Source: Methanobacteriota archaeon
Lineage (GTDB): Archaea; Thermoplasmatota; Poseidoniia; Poseidoniales; Thalassarchaeaceae
Length of the DNA stretch: 39,369 bases
Reading direction: 5' to 3'
Assembly (NCBI GenBank): GCA_002722595.1
Contig: PBMO01000016.1
Span: 984 to 40,352 of the forward strand
Shown: piece after piece, positions 1-9,715 of the stretch
Layout: each line of letters begins with the position of its first letter
Position numbering within the stretch: position 1 is the first letter of the stretch
The notes under the pieces: generated by a model
What the model was told of the DNA's origin: nothing
Databases searched by the model: none
What the model saw: the letters and a program-made list of their open reading frames with translations, nothing else
Position numbers and translations under genes: made by a program

Positions 1-2
1 AT

Positions 3-386
3 TCTTTAATGAATCACAAATCTCCTCGAATATTCGGGACCGGAGAAGCGACAAGAGATTATGTCAGGGTCCAAGATGTTGCTGAAATCAATCTCCTTGC
101 ACTAACAGCAGAAAACAATGATGCAGTTTCTCAAGTCTATAACGTGGCTTCCGGTTCAACAGTTTCTGTGCTCGAACTATTCGAAACAATCAGGGATTTA
201 CTCTCTGAGAAGGATGAATCAATATCTGCAATTGCTGCAGATTTTTCCCCCCCAAGAGATGGCGATATTCTTCATTCATCGGCTTCAATCGATAAGGCTC
301 GAGAACTGCTTAAGTTCAATCCTGAGACTGATCATCGGCTTGCCCTGCAAGCGACGGTGGAGGCGTATTGGGATCAGCGCGTGTAG
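3..386 (+). CDS. NAD-dependent epimerase/dehydratase, C-terminal part (5' truncated by window edge)
   Basis: Motifs IFGTGEATRDYVRVQDVA, VYNVASG and RDGDILHSSASIDKA are typical of the C-terminus of extended-SDR sugar epimerases; frame is open to the window start. Confidence 0.9.
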   Translation, partial: SLMNHKSPRIFGTGEATRDYVRVQDVAEINLLALTAENNDAVSQVYNVASGSTVSVLELFETIRDLLSEKDESISAIAADFSPPRDGDILHSSASIDKARELLKFNPETDHRLALQATVEAYWDQRV

Positions 387-1167
387 GCGCAACCGGGAAA
401 TCCTCATCCTGTCCATTTTCTGTGAAGTGTCCTTTACTGACAAGGTCGCCCAATTTACTCACTCCAGCCTCAATCAAATCGGGATCGGAACTCTCTGCCC
501 TTTCCCATGCTTCTTGTGCTTTGACATCCTTTGCAATATTTGCTTCTTCCACCAATTGTTCAGCGGCTGTTAAATCATCTTCTAAGCCTTCGAATTCTGG
601 ACGCGCAGTCATTGCATCTACGCGAGGCATACTGGAATCAATTGTATCTGCCCCAGAACCTTCTGCAGGTCCTTTTGGATCCCTCCCTCTTGTTTTGTAT
701 ACAACACGTCCCCATTTGTCCTTCTCCTTGGCCATTGCCCCGCCTTTCTCGGGGCGCATGACGACATCGAGGATGTCAGTGCCCCCTGGTATGCCCAATA
801 CTCGGGCTGCAACACCCTTCCCCTCTTGTTCTAGAAGAGGCGCAATATCTAGGCCATCCATCATTGCATTCTGGATTTGGCTGTAGCGTTGATTTCCTGA
901 GACGCGACCAAACACTACTCCAATAATTAGTGTGAAAGCCAGAGTAAGTATTGCTTCAGGTTCTGACAAATCTCGCTCAAAGAAATAGAGCAAAGAAAGT
1001 GCAATAAGAAAACCAAGTGGGACCCAAATTACAGTCCGTTGAGTGATGAGGTCTTGGCGCAACCTTTCCATCTCTTTTGCACCGAGTGGAGCCGCTCCGA
1101 CCCAGTCCAAGTCTTCGTCTGACACGGGAGTCCCTATGCGGCAACAGGATTGAAGGCTTCTATCCAA
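316..1167 (-). CDS. Hypothetical membrane protein (2 TM helices, acidic C-terminal tail)
   Basis: Long ORF with two hydrophobic segments in a co-oriented gene run; start uncertain; 3' end overlaps the convergent epimerase. Confidence 0.7.
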   Translation of the reverse strand: MDRSLQSCCRIGTPVSDEDLDWVGAAPLGAKEMERLRQDLITQRTVIWVPLGFLIALSLLYFFERDLSEPEAILTLAFTLIIGVVFGRVSGNQRYSQIQNAMMDGLDIAPLLEQEGKGVAARVLGIPGGTDILDVVMRPEKGGAMAKEKDKWGRVVYKTRGRDPKGPAEGSGADTIDSSMPRVDAMTARPEFEGLEDDLTAAEQLVEEANIAKDVKAQEAWERAESSDPDLIEAGVSKLGDLVSKGHFTENGQDEDFPVAPTRADPNTPPPSLAGQADDQSQD

Positions 1168-1955
1168 TTATCATCTTCGATATTGTTTATTGCCCTAGCC
1201 TTTAGATGCAAATCAGGTATTGCAGGCGTTGTTCTTTCAGTCCTTTCAGAGATAGTTGGTAGGTTGATACTATGTTCTAAATTATCAGATCCACTAACCA
1301 AAACGGAATCTTGAACGGATACGTTTGAAGTGCGAGGTTCTAAGGCCAATCGATGCAACAAATCAGACATGGTTCTCTGCATTTCACGACTCTGTTCAGC
1401 AAAGGCTTCTGTAAGCCTTCCGCTTTCGTCCGCAAGTTTACGTTGTGCTAGATGGGCTTGAGTTGATTGTGAACCAATTACATGTTGCATTGTTTGCATC
1501 ATTTCCTCCCACCTGTGGTTGACATCTCCAATTCGATTTTCAAATTGCGACAACACTCTTTCCTGTGATTCAATCAATCTCTGCGCCTCCTTCATTGCAC
1601 GTGCTTGTGCCTGGAGAGTTTCGCGTTGGCTCTCGATTAGTTTACGCGCTTCAGGTGCACCAACAGAGTCGCGCCTTTGCAACTCGGCAAGAACACTGCT
1701 CAATTCCTGACTTTGTATGTTGACTTCATACTCAAGCCGGCCAATTTGTCCACTTGCTTCTTTCAGCTTGACATATTGACTACTGATAACACGCCTTAAT
1801 TTGCGTTTATCTGCACTATGCCTTGGCAATTCAAAAAACAACATTACGTACGTACCAATAATGGCACCTATCGTCACTTCCCCCAAAATTATTGTTAGCC
1901 AAATACCCGTTGCGAGCCCGGCTAAGATAGATACTAGTCTCGACATCCCAATCAA
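1134..1955 (-). CDS. Membrane-anchored coiled-coil protein
   Basis: N-terminal hydrophobic hairpin followed by a long Q/E/R-rich heptad region. Confidence 0.75.
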   Translation of the reverse strand: MIGMSRLVSILAGLATGIWLTIILGEVTIGAIIGTYVMLFFELPRHSADKRKLRRVISSQYVKLKEASGQIGRLEYEVNIQSQELSSVLAELQRRDSVGAPEARKLIESQRETLQAQARAMKEAQRLIESQERVLSQFENRIGDVNHRWEEMMQTMQHVIGSQSTQAHLAQRKLADESGRLTEAFAEQSREMQRTMSDLLHRLALEPRTSNVSVQDSVLVSGSDNLEHSINLPTISERTERTTPAIPDLHLKARAINNIEDDNWIEAFNPVAA

Positions 1956-2016
1956 TTAATTGTGAGTCGAGTACCATATAGAAAGAAGCGTGGGGGGTCC
2001 CGGGGGCCCAATACAC

Positions 2017-2709
2017 TTAACCGAGTGCGAACTCATTCTCTTCAACTTCAATTATGATGCCTTGTTCTAGTAACCACTCGATTGCTTCTACTAAGTCTTC
2101 AGAGTCGATTCCCCTAGGGGTCAATGCAATCCCCAAATTTTCTAGAGACACAAATGCATCTCCTGTTGCAAGTTCGTTCTCCAAGTGGAGTAGTACCGCT
2201 TGGGCACAAATTGCTAGGAGTGGGTCATCGCCAGAATCATCTTGCAGATAGGTTAGATGAGCGTATGCTGGGTGCGGCTCCCAAGAGTCATAATCGTCCT
2301 GGATTTCAGTTGGAACACCTCCAGTTTCGAACATGTCGAATAAATTACTCTGCCGAGTTCCCTTTCGATCCAACTCAATATCATTACCGATTCGATTAGA
2401 TAGCGCTTCCAATCGAGATATTCTCTGTTCTAGGCGCATTTTCTCACGTCCCAAGTTAGCTTCAATTAGTCGCATTTCTTCAGTTGCCCTTTCGATAAGC
2501 CAGTCATTCATACTCCAATCCGGGTCTAGTCTGAGCATTGTATCCCAGAGGCGCTGTATTTCCTCGGGTAGATTCGCCGCGTCTAGGCGAGGCGGCTCAT
2601 CACCATCCGAGGATTTTCCCGACATCCCAATGAACTCTCTCGTGACGGTTCTTGAAGAGTTCGCTCTAGCGCTGACTTTTCTCTGAAGGCTCAGAATGCG
2701 CTCATTCAT
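2017..2709 (-). CDS. Hypothetical protein, coiled coil plus C-terminal winged-helix-like segment
   Basis: ATG start, protein-like composition; C-terminus DLVEAIEWLLEQGIIIEVEENEFAL resembles a wHTH recognition helix and wing. Confidence 0.7.
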   Translation of the reverse strand: MNERILSLQRKVSARANSSRTVTREFIGMSGKSSDGDEPPRLDAANLPEEIQRLWDTMLRLDPDWSMNDWLIERATEEMRLIEANLGREKMRLEQRISRLEALSNRIGNDIELDRKGTRQSNLFDMFETGGVPTEIQDDYDSWEPHPAYAHLTYLQDDSGDDPLLAICAQAVLLHLENELATGDAFVSLENLGIALTPRGIDSEDLVEAIEWLLEQGIIIEVEENEFALG

Positions 2710-2734
2710 GTAGGGGTAGCGATTGGCGGGTGCA

Positions 2735-3925
2735 ATGACGTCCTACACACTGGCTCTACTTCCCGGCGATGGTATTGGCCGCGACGTCATGTTAGAGGCC
2801 GAAAAAATCATTTCCGTAGTTGAAAACAATACTCCTCTTTCATTCCAAATCAACAAAATTCCATGTGGAGGCAAGCATTACCTCGAAACAGGTGAAGAAT
2901 GGCCTGAAGGAAGTTTCGAGTTTTGCAGAGATGAGGCGGATGCAATTTTGTTGGGTGCTATTGGTTGGCCAGGTGCTAAAACTGAAAGTGGAGATTTGGC
3001 TGGAGGCTCAGTGATTCTCGGTTTGCGAAGCGGTTTGGATCTATATGCAAATGTTCGCCCTATTCGATTATACGACGGTGTAAACCACAAAATTCATGGA
3101 AATTTCCAGCAAGTATGGAAGCCAGGGATGGTTGATATGGTCATTATTAGAGAAAACACAGAAGGGTTGTACCATTCTCTATTGCGTCGTTGCGCTGACG
3201 CCGCACAAGGGCGTGAAACATGGGAACCCGGGGAAATGGATTTCCCAGGACTGGACGGAGAAGTCGCATGGGACCCTCGCCCTATATCTCGTCATGGCAG
3301 CGAGCGAGTAATCAGATATGCGTTTGAGATTGCAAGAAGGCGAAATGGAGCTCCAGTAGATGGCAAGACGCGTGTGACTTGTGTTGACAAGTCAAATGTA
3401 ACTAGAGGTTGTCAACTATTCAACAAAATCTACCACGAAATTGCAGAAGAATATCCCGATACAGAAACCGATCATGCATACATCGATGCATTCTCAATGT
3501 GGCTGGTCCGTCAACCAGAGTGGTTTGATGTGGTCGTCACCCCCAACATGTTTGGAGATATTAGTACCGATTTAGCCAGTGTTTTGCAAGGTGGAATGGG
3601 AATTGCTGCTAGCGCAAATCTAGGCGATTCTCATGGGATGTTTGAGCCAGTACACGGTTCTGCACCAAAATATGCAGGCAAGAATACAACCAACCCAATA
3701 GCGATGATTAGTAGCGTATCCTTGATGTTTGATTGGCTTGGGACAAAAAATAATGATCCAACATGCACTGCAATTTCGGATTCAATTGAGCAGGCAGTAA
3801 ATCAGGTTCTTAGTGGCGATAAATTGACTTATGATTTAGGTGGCTCTGCAGGAACAAGTGAGGTGGGCGACTTGGTTTGCCAAATACTTGAGGAAAATCT
3901 TCGAAAGCACATCCCCATCGCTTGA
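2735..3925 (+). CDS. Isocitrate/isopropylmalate (beta-decarboxylating) dehydrogenase family protein
   Basis: LLPGDGIGRDV, RENTEGLY, VDKSNV, NMFGDISTDL and MFEPVHGSAPKYAG motifs; substrate not assignable; ATG 2735 preferred. Confidence 0.93.
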   Translation: MTSYTLALLPGDGIGRDVMLEAEKIISVVENNTPLSFQINKIPCGGKHYLETGEEWPEGSFEFCRDEADAILLGAIGWPGAKTESGDLAGGSVILGLRSGLDLYANVRPIRLYDGVNHKIHGNFQQVWKPGMVDMVIIRENTEGLYHSLLRRCADAAQGRETWEPGEMDFPGLDGEVAWDPRPISRHGSERVIRYAFEIARRRNGAPVDGKTRVTCVDKSNVTRGCQLFNKIYHEIAEEYPDTETDHAYIDAFSMWLVRQPEWFDVVVTPNMFGDISTDLASVLQGGMGIAASANLGDSHGMFEPVHGSAPKYAGKNTTNPIAMISSVSLMFDWLGTKNNDPTCTAISDSIEQAVNQVLSGDKLTYDLGGSAGTSEVGDLVCQILEENLRKHIPIA

Positions 3926-3933
3926 TTTGAAAA

Positions 3934-4572
3934 TCATTGATTTTTCGCCCGCTCTTTCCGCAAGGCGTCCTCGAACTCATCCCAGAGTTCTTTCTCTACT
4001 TCTGCTCGAATCTGTGGCACCATTTCTGCAATAACCTGCTGGCGGATTTGGTCACGAATGGCTACAGCAACCTCTCCTACAATTTCTTGTTCTATTTCAG
4101 CTCGCAAACCTTCCCGAATTTCTTCTATGTCGGTCAAAGGTCCTATTCCTTCATCTAACCCCTCAGCTTGACGTTTCAACAAACGAGCCCTTTCATTGGC
4201 CATATTCTCAATATGTTGTTCTAGTCGTTGAACAATTTCATTGCTCCATTCTGAGTGTGGATCAGGTAATCGACCCTGGCTGATTAATTGCTGTGATATT
4301 TGCACACTACGAATTCGTACAGCATCCCCTGATAGATAATCATTCGTTCCAGTAACAAAGGATAACATTGCTTCTACAAATTCACCCTCTGGAATATCGT
4401 TTCCACAACCTGGGCAACCAGTTACAGGCCCTTCTTCGTTGGGACTTTCACTCTCGGATACTTTCCTTTGCTTCCGGCGAACAGGTTTACGCGGCTCATC
4501 AATATCAAAGGAGACTTGCGATGTGAGAAACCCATCCCCCTCACTAAGCAGCCTATCCTGTTCCTCTGACAC
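3934..4572 (-). CDS. Hypothetical protein with CPGC motif and helical C-terminus
   Basis: 212-aa ORF, GTG start, charged helical composition. Confidence 0.7.
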   Translation of the reverse strand: MSEEQDRLLSEGDGFLTSQVSFDIDEPRKPVRRKQRKVSESESPNEEGPVTGCPGCGNDIPEGEFVEAMLSFVTGTNDYLSGDAVRIRSVQISQQLISQGRLPDPHSEWSNEIVQRLEQHIENMANERARLLKRQAEGLDEGIGPLTDIEEIREGLRAEIEQEIVGEVAVAIRDQIRQQVIAEMVPQIRAEVEKELWDEFEDALRKERAKNQ

Positions 4573-4647
4573 TCTAATCAGAAGTATCTAGAATCCCTTA
4601 ATGGAAAAGAGTTCTGCTTAATTTGACACCACCAAAAGGAAATTGCG

Positions 4648-5415
4648 TTACTTCTGGAGATCCCGCAGCATTTCAGCCAACCCATCACTCAAATTTCCTC
4701 GGTTGTCCCATGATTCGTTGATTTGAGAACCCCCATCCTTCAGATATTTTAGGAGTATAGGGACGCATCTTGTTAACTGATCAACGATAGCAATCGTCGA
4801 TGTCATAGCGGTCCTTGATAGAGGGTTCAAATCGATGACGCATACAGTTTTACCCATTTCCACAAGGGCTTCACACCGGTCCCCATCCTCCAAAGGAACT
4901 AGGATTACATCTGATGAAAAAATCCCATTAGTATGACAATTAGCCCGAGGCCCCTCAAGCCCGGGAATCTTCGTATCAGGTTCCCTGCCTAGAAATTCGA
5001 CACATTGAATATTTTCAGCCAACTCTGGATATTTCTCACACGCAGCAATTTTTTGTTCCTCTAAAGCACCCAGCAAAGCAGACATTCTCTCAGGGGTACG
5101 ATAGTAGATATTGACTTCAATAGGACATTCGATTACTGCTGCACACGCGATTAAATCAATTCCTGCTAACGCCACGGTGTTTCCATTTACCGAAATCACT
5201 GGTTGGTTTGCAGCAAGAAGTTGTGAAGCGGTTTCCATGATTGCAGACTTTGCACTCTCAGTGGTTTTTTCACCCAATAGATAATCGAAAGCTTCCCCTC
5301 TCCCATGTGCAATTAACGCGGAGTCTGCTAACAATCCAGCAGCAGCAGCATCAGTCATTTTTTTGCGAGCCATAAGGGATTCATATCTAGGATGAGATTC
5401 AGGGATCTCGCCCAT
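4648..5415 (-). CDS. Archaeal 4-phosphopantoate-beta-alanine ligase (phosphopantothenate synthetase, DUF137)
   Basis: IPESHPRYESL, LIAHGRGEAFDYLLGEKT, VISVNGN, VPLEDGDRCEAL and IDLNPLSRTA match the family. Confidence 0.93.
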   Translation of the reverse strand: MGEIPESHPRYESLMARKKMTDAAAAGLLADSALIAHGRGEAFDYLLGEKTTESAKSAIMETASQLLAANQPVISVNGNTVALAGIDLIACAAVIECPIEVNIYYRTPERMSALLGALEEQKIAACEKYPELAENIQCVEFLGREPDTKIPGLEGPRANCHTNGIFSSDVILVPLEDGDRCEALVEMGKTVCVIDLNPLSRTAMTSTIAIVDQLTRCVPILLKYLKDGGSQINESWDNRGNLSDGLAEMLRDLQK

Positions 5416-5417
5416 GA

Positions 5418-6470
5418 TTATGCCCCTTCAAAGATGCAAGTCAAATCGAGGGGTGGAGCTGCTCTGTGAAGCGAAGAAGTTGAGATAACATCGACCTTTG
5501 CCCCCTGCCAAGAATCTAATTCTTCGAAGATGATGTTTCCACTCGCTTCCAGAGTAACATATTCTCGTAAGCCACGAGTTTCTACATCCAAGGCAGCATC
5601 GCGCGACAATTCTGGACCCATATTATCCAACATCACGTTTAATCGCCTTCCATCATCGTGTTCTAGCATCCTTTCAGCCCAAACTTCTGCTGCAGCGAGT
5701 GCTTCATCCAGCGTACGCACTTCGATTGTGACAAATGCCCCAACAGATTCAACGGGAATATCCCACAATGCATCCTTAATTCTGTGGATTTCATCCGAAT
5801 TTTCCTCAACTAATGTTGCAAGGTCATTTTCTTTGAGCATTAATGCATCTGTTCGATTCAATCGATGGGTCAAGCCCCCTCCAACGGCTACAGCCGCCTT
5901 ATCTAGGACTCCCCAAGCAGTTTTTCGCGTAGCTGCGATTGGAATTTGTGATTCCTTCACCCAACGGGAAGTATTCGTAGCAATCCCACTTAATCGGCCA
6001 AGTATGTTTAGTATTATTCGCTCACAGACTAGGATTTGGTGCCGACATGCTTCGATTGTCAATAGGCACATACCATTCTCAACCTTCGCACCATCTCCAA
6101 TGGTCCAAGTATATCTCGCCTCAGGCATCCATTCGCGAATCAACACATCTGCAGCATATACGCCTGCTAAAACCCCCTCTTGTTTACTCCTTATTTCTGC
6201 GCGTATTCTCTTATTACTGGGTTGAATAGGCTCAAAAACACCTTCATCAGCAAGCAGAGTTGCAACCCACCTACGAGCACTATTGAGCAGGAAATCGGAG
6301 GCCCCATCGTCTCCAAACAAGGCCCTCTTTCGATCATGTGGTAGGACTTTCCTCTCCACCCTCTCAACGGTCTCGGCTAGCACATCGCTTACATCACTCG
6401 CCGCATCTTGCGGCGGCATATCTTCGGTGGACACCAGTTCGCCGAGAAGGGAGGGGGTTTTCACCCTCAC
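5418..6470 (-). CDS. nadC: Nicotinate-nucleotide pyrophosphorylase (quinolinate phosphoribosyltransferase)
   Basis: ERIILNILGRLSGIATNT, ATRKT, GGGLTHR, LKEND, MLDN and EASGNI motifs; true start may be further downstream. Confidence 0.92.
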   Translation of the reverse strand: MRVKTPSLLGELVSTEDMPPQDAASDVSDVLAETVERVERKVLPHDRKRALFGDDGASDFLLNSARRWVATLLADEGVFEPIQPSNKRIRAEIRSKQEGVLAGVYAADVLIREWMPEARYTWTIGDGAKVENGMCLLTIEACRHQILVCERIILNILGRLSGIATNTSRWVKESQIPIAATRKTAWGVLDKAAVAVGGGLTHRLNRTDALMLKENDLATLVEENSDEIHRIKDALWDIPVESVGAFVTIEVRTLDEALAAAEVWAERMLEHDDGRRLNVMLDNMGPELSRDAALDVETRGLREYVTLEASGNIIFEELDSWQGAKVDVISTSSLHRAAPPLDLTCIFEGA

Positions 6471-6536
6471 GGATACACAATACTGACAAATTCACCATCA
6501 AGCGGCCTTTTGACTGACGACCTATTCGGTTATTCC

Positions 6537-7616
6537 ATGCGACGGGTGGGCATTGTAGGCGATGGCCTTGCAGGACTCATTGCAGCCCGTTCAGCAGCAC
6601 AAAGTGGTGCCGAAGTGTTGATTTTTGCTCGCTCAGAACCTATAGGAGGTTTAGCAGCTCCAGTACATGCAGATGCTGAGTGGTTATTCGATAGGATTCC
6701 ATTGAACTGGAACAGAACCAGTTATCTTGCAACGCTATTGAAAAGCATGGGTGTTGGAATCCATTCACGTAGAATGATACATACCCGTATGGCCTTCATT
6801 CTCGATGAAAAACGGCACACATTGCCAGGAAACAAAGGACTGTTTTGGAAGAGCAATAGAAATGACGCACTTGAAGCCGATTGGTTGTCAGTAGTCAAGG
6901 CGACCAAGGCAAAGGATCTGAGTAATCTAGAGGGTGCTGCAAAACACATGGCTACCTTATTATCTGTACTTTGGTCATTCAACACAACGCCAAACCTCGA
7001 AGCTTTGGAGCATCATACTGTACGGAATTTTGGTCGTATACCAACAGATGGTTGGGCTGGTGTAAGTGGAAGATTGATTGCTGCATGTTCCCAATGGGAT
7101 GTGACCTTCCATACTGAAGGACCAGTTCTCGGGTTTCGCCGAGATAAGAATGGAAACGTGGACGGAATCAAACGTAAAGGACGAATCATGCCTGTTGATG
7201 CCGTGATTCAAGCTCACAACCGCTCAGATTCCACAATTTATGGCAGATATATTGGGACCTATGGAAATTTCATGTTACCTCATGTCGCCCTTTGGGATGT
7301 AGATAGAGAAGTACTGCTGGTAGATCTCGGGAGATTCGTAACAGATAGAATACCGAAAGAACACCGTAACAAGGTCACAATGTTCCATTGTTTTGCTTTC
7401 GGAGATCAGAATGATGCAGCGGAGAGAGTAGAGACCGTCCTAGACTCACAATGTTCGGGTTGGAGAAAGGGCATAATCCAAGATTTTCAGATAGAAGATT
7501 TACGCTTGCCAATAATTCCAGAACATGAATATGAGGACGGGATATACTATGCACACGTCGAAAATGCGGAATTAATTGGCAAAATGGCAGCTAATTCTCT
7601 ATTGCCTGAAGGCTAA
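6537..7616 (+). CDS. FAD/NAD(P)-binding oxidoreductase
   Basis: N-terminal Rossmann motif VGIVGDGLAGLIAA...IGG directly after ATG 6537. Confidence 0.8.
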   Translation: MRRVGIVGDGLAGLIAARSAAQSGAEVLIFARSEPIGGLAAPVHADAEWLFDRIPLNWNRTSYLATLLKSMGVGIHSRRMIHTRMAFILDEKRHTLPGNKGLFWKSNRNDALEADWLSVVKATKAKDLSNLEGAAKHMATLLSVLWSFNTTPNLEALEHHTVRNFGRIPTDGWAGVSGRLIAACSQWDVTFHTEGPVLGFRRDKNGNVDGIKRKGRIMPVDAVIQAHNRSDSTIYGRYIGTYGNFMLPHVALWDVDREVLLVDLGRFVTDRIPKEHRNKVTMFHCFAFGDQNDAAERVETVLDSQCSGWRKGIIQDFQIEDLRLPIIPEHEYEDGIYYAHVENAELIGKMAANSLLPEG

Positions 7617-7830
7617 CTTCAGCCGCAGAGATACAGGCGAGAATATCGTCCATAATCGATTGCATTGATGCGATATCATCACACTCGACTCTGATGACAA
7701 TTTCTCCCACACCGTTTCCATGATCGATAATACTGCAATCGAATAAATCAGGATCGTCTGCATCAATCGCTGCAAGTAACATTTGGGCTTTTGACAAGTC
7801 CCCTTTCCACCTTGCCTCACTCGTCGCCAC
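7591..7830 (-). CDS. KEOPS complex Pcc1-like subunit
   Basis: 79 aa; AIDADD...IVIRVECDDIASMQSIMDDILACISAAE fits the Pcc1 pattern. Confidence 0.7.
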   Translation of the reverse strand: MATSEARWKGDLSKAQMLLAAIDADDPDLFDCSIIDHGNGVGEIVIRVECDDIASMQSIMDDILACISAAEVSLQAIEN

Positions 7831-7904
7831 GACAATGCGAACCCCTCCTCCCTCAAGTTTTCATCGGTCGGAATTGCCATCACCCTCTTCTCTCTCGGAT
7901 AATC

Positions 7905-8849
7905 ATGGGAGGGCTTCTGAATTGGTATGATGAAAACGCCCGCCCCTTACCTTGGCGCATTCAAGAAGTGTCTCCATGGGAGACATTACTGGCTGAAATC
8001 ATAATGCAGCAGACAAGGATGGAAACCGGTTTACCATATTGGGAACGTATTAGAAAAGCATATCCAAACCCCCAATCACTTGCAAATGATAGTGAAGAAA
8101 ATCTGATGCTACTTTGGCAGGGCTGTGGATATTATGCCCGTGCTCGAAATTTATACAAGTTGGCAGTTACACTAGGCGAGGAAGATTTACCAACGGAATA
8201 TGATGAGTTATTGAAACTACCAGGAATTGGTCCTTATACAGCAGCAGCAATTTCTTCAATATGTCATAATCAACCAGTGGCTTGTGTAGATGGTAACATA
8301 AGGAGGGTTTTATCTCGTATTCACGCCATGGATTTGACGCCATCACAACTCAATTCAAAGGCGACTGAAAGACTCGATATCAGCCGACCAGGTGATTGGA
8401 ATCAAGCTATGATGGAACTAGGGTCACAAGTATGCACCCCGAGAAACCCAAGTTGTTCTGAATGTCCAGTAAATTCTACTTGTGGTGGCATGGCTTCAGG
8501 AAATCCAGAAAGTTGGCCTATCAAGAAAAAGAAAAAGCAGGTATCAATGTCCTTAGTGGCTCTAGTCATTCACAATCTGGAGGGAGTCCATTTAATTGAG
8601 CGGACCGGCAAAACACTTGGGGGCCTTTGGGGAATACCACTTGCTGAAGTGGGGACAGAATCCGATGATTTACTTCAGAATCGAGATGTGAAACACATTG
8701 GTACAATAAAGCACGACTTCACTCACCGGAAATTGTTTGTTGATGTATACACAACAAATCCTAGAACAGGGGAAATGGTCACCAATCCTGATAACGCACC
8801 TCTCTCTTCCCTAGATCGAAAGATACTGTCATTGGTTGATGCTGTATAG
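7905..8849 (+). CDS. mutY: A/G-specific adenine DNA glycosylase
   Basis: RPLPWR, EIIMQQT, WQGCGYYARARNL, HhH LPGIGPYTA, VDGNIRRV, Fe-S loop C-x6-C-x2-C-x5-C, NUDIX-like tail HDFTH. Confidence 0.95.
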   Translation: MGGLLNWYDENARPLPWRIQEVSPWETLLAEIIMQQTRMETGLPYWERIRKAYPNPQSLANDSEENLMLLWQGCGYYARARNLYKLAVTLGEEDLPTEYDELLKLPGIGPYTAAAISSICHNQPVACVDGNIRRVLSRIHAMDLTPSQLNSKATERLDISRPGDWNQAMMELGSQVCTPRNPSCSECPVNSTCGGMASGNPESWPIKKKKKQVSMSLVALVIHNLEGVHLIERTGKTLGGLWGIPLAEVGTESDDLLQNRDVKHIGTIKHDFTHRKLFVDVYTTNPRTGEMVTNPDNAPLSSLDRKILSLVDAV

Positions 8850-8869
8850 GCAACAATCTTGAGTGGTGG

Positions 8870-9712
8870 ATGAAACGGAGGCCTGTGAGCGATGAGGAAG
8901 TTCTTCAGAGTTTACCGCCAGAAGAGGGTGTAATCTTTCGCAACTCCACCACCACTCTCCAAGTCCCTTCTGATTTACCACTACCTCGGCGTGCAATGCT
9001 CGCTGCACTTTTAGCCATCCTTGCAGCATTTGCTGGCCTCAATGTTGGCCTAGACTACCTTGATGGAGATACAGGGATGTACACCCATCGGCAATTGATA
9101 TTCGCTCAAACAGAAGGGGCTCCTGACGAATCTTCTATTCTCACCGGCGTTCTAGTAGATGCTTCTGGAAACCCACTAGTGAATTATTCATTGGAAGGGC
9201 ACCTAGCAAATCGAGCAAATGTCAAGGCAGTAACTGACGGCAGTGGTAATTTCCAGATGGATTTACTCGATCCTGGGCAAATGACACTTGATGCACAATC
9301 TCCAGACGGCGATATTTTCACCAATTTGGTTTTACTAAATTCTCCTGCTGGATTTGAGCCAATAGGCTTCACACACATCGTGATTCAATGGCCAACCGAA
9401 TCTGAATATGCCAATGGAACCGTTCTCTCAAATGGTGGGATGTGGATAGATCTCAGTCAATCTCAGAGAGAAAATAGTACACAATTATACGACCAAAACG
9501 CTGCTGCGATGTATGATATGTTTGGGACAGGTTTCTTGGGCCTATCAATCATCACTGCGTTCCTAATTATCACAGGAATCCGAACTAAGAACAGTGGATT
9601 GATTCGTATTGGATCGGTAACGGCATTCTTTTCTATGGGCCATTTCTACATATCATGTGGCTTTGGTCTCATCGCATTTTTGTTGACAGTATCATTAATA
9701 CGCCAAGATTAA
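8870..9712 (+). CDS. Membrane protein with carboxypeptidase-regulatory-like beta-sandwich domain
   Basis: N-terminal TM, LTGVLVDASGNPL...TDGSGNF motif, C-terminal TM segments. Confidence 0.7.
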   Translation: MKRRPVSDEEVLQSLPPEEGVIFRNSTTTLQVPSDLPLPRRAMLAALLAILAAFAGLNVGLDYLDGDTGMYTHRQLIFAQTEGAPDESSILTGVLVDASGNPLVNYSLEGHLANRANVKAVTDGSGNFQMDLLDPGQMTLDAQSPDGDIFTNLVLLNSPAGFEPIGFTHIVIQWPTESEYANGTVLSNGGMWIDLSQSQRENSTQLYDQNAAAMYDMFGTGFLGLSIITAFLIITGIRTKNSGLIRIGSVTAFFSMGHFYISCGFGLIAFLLTVSLIRQD

Positions 9713-9715
9713 ATT

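Noticed and set aside
1991-2010. G/C-run patch TGGGGGGTCCCGGGGGCCCA
   Set aside because: Too short to assign; at most a local hairpin after a stop codon
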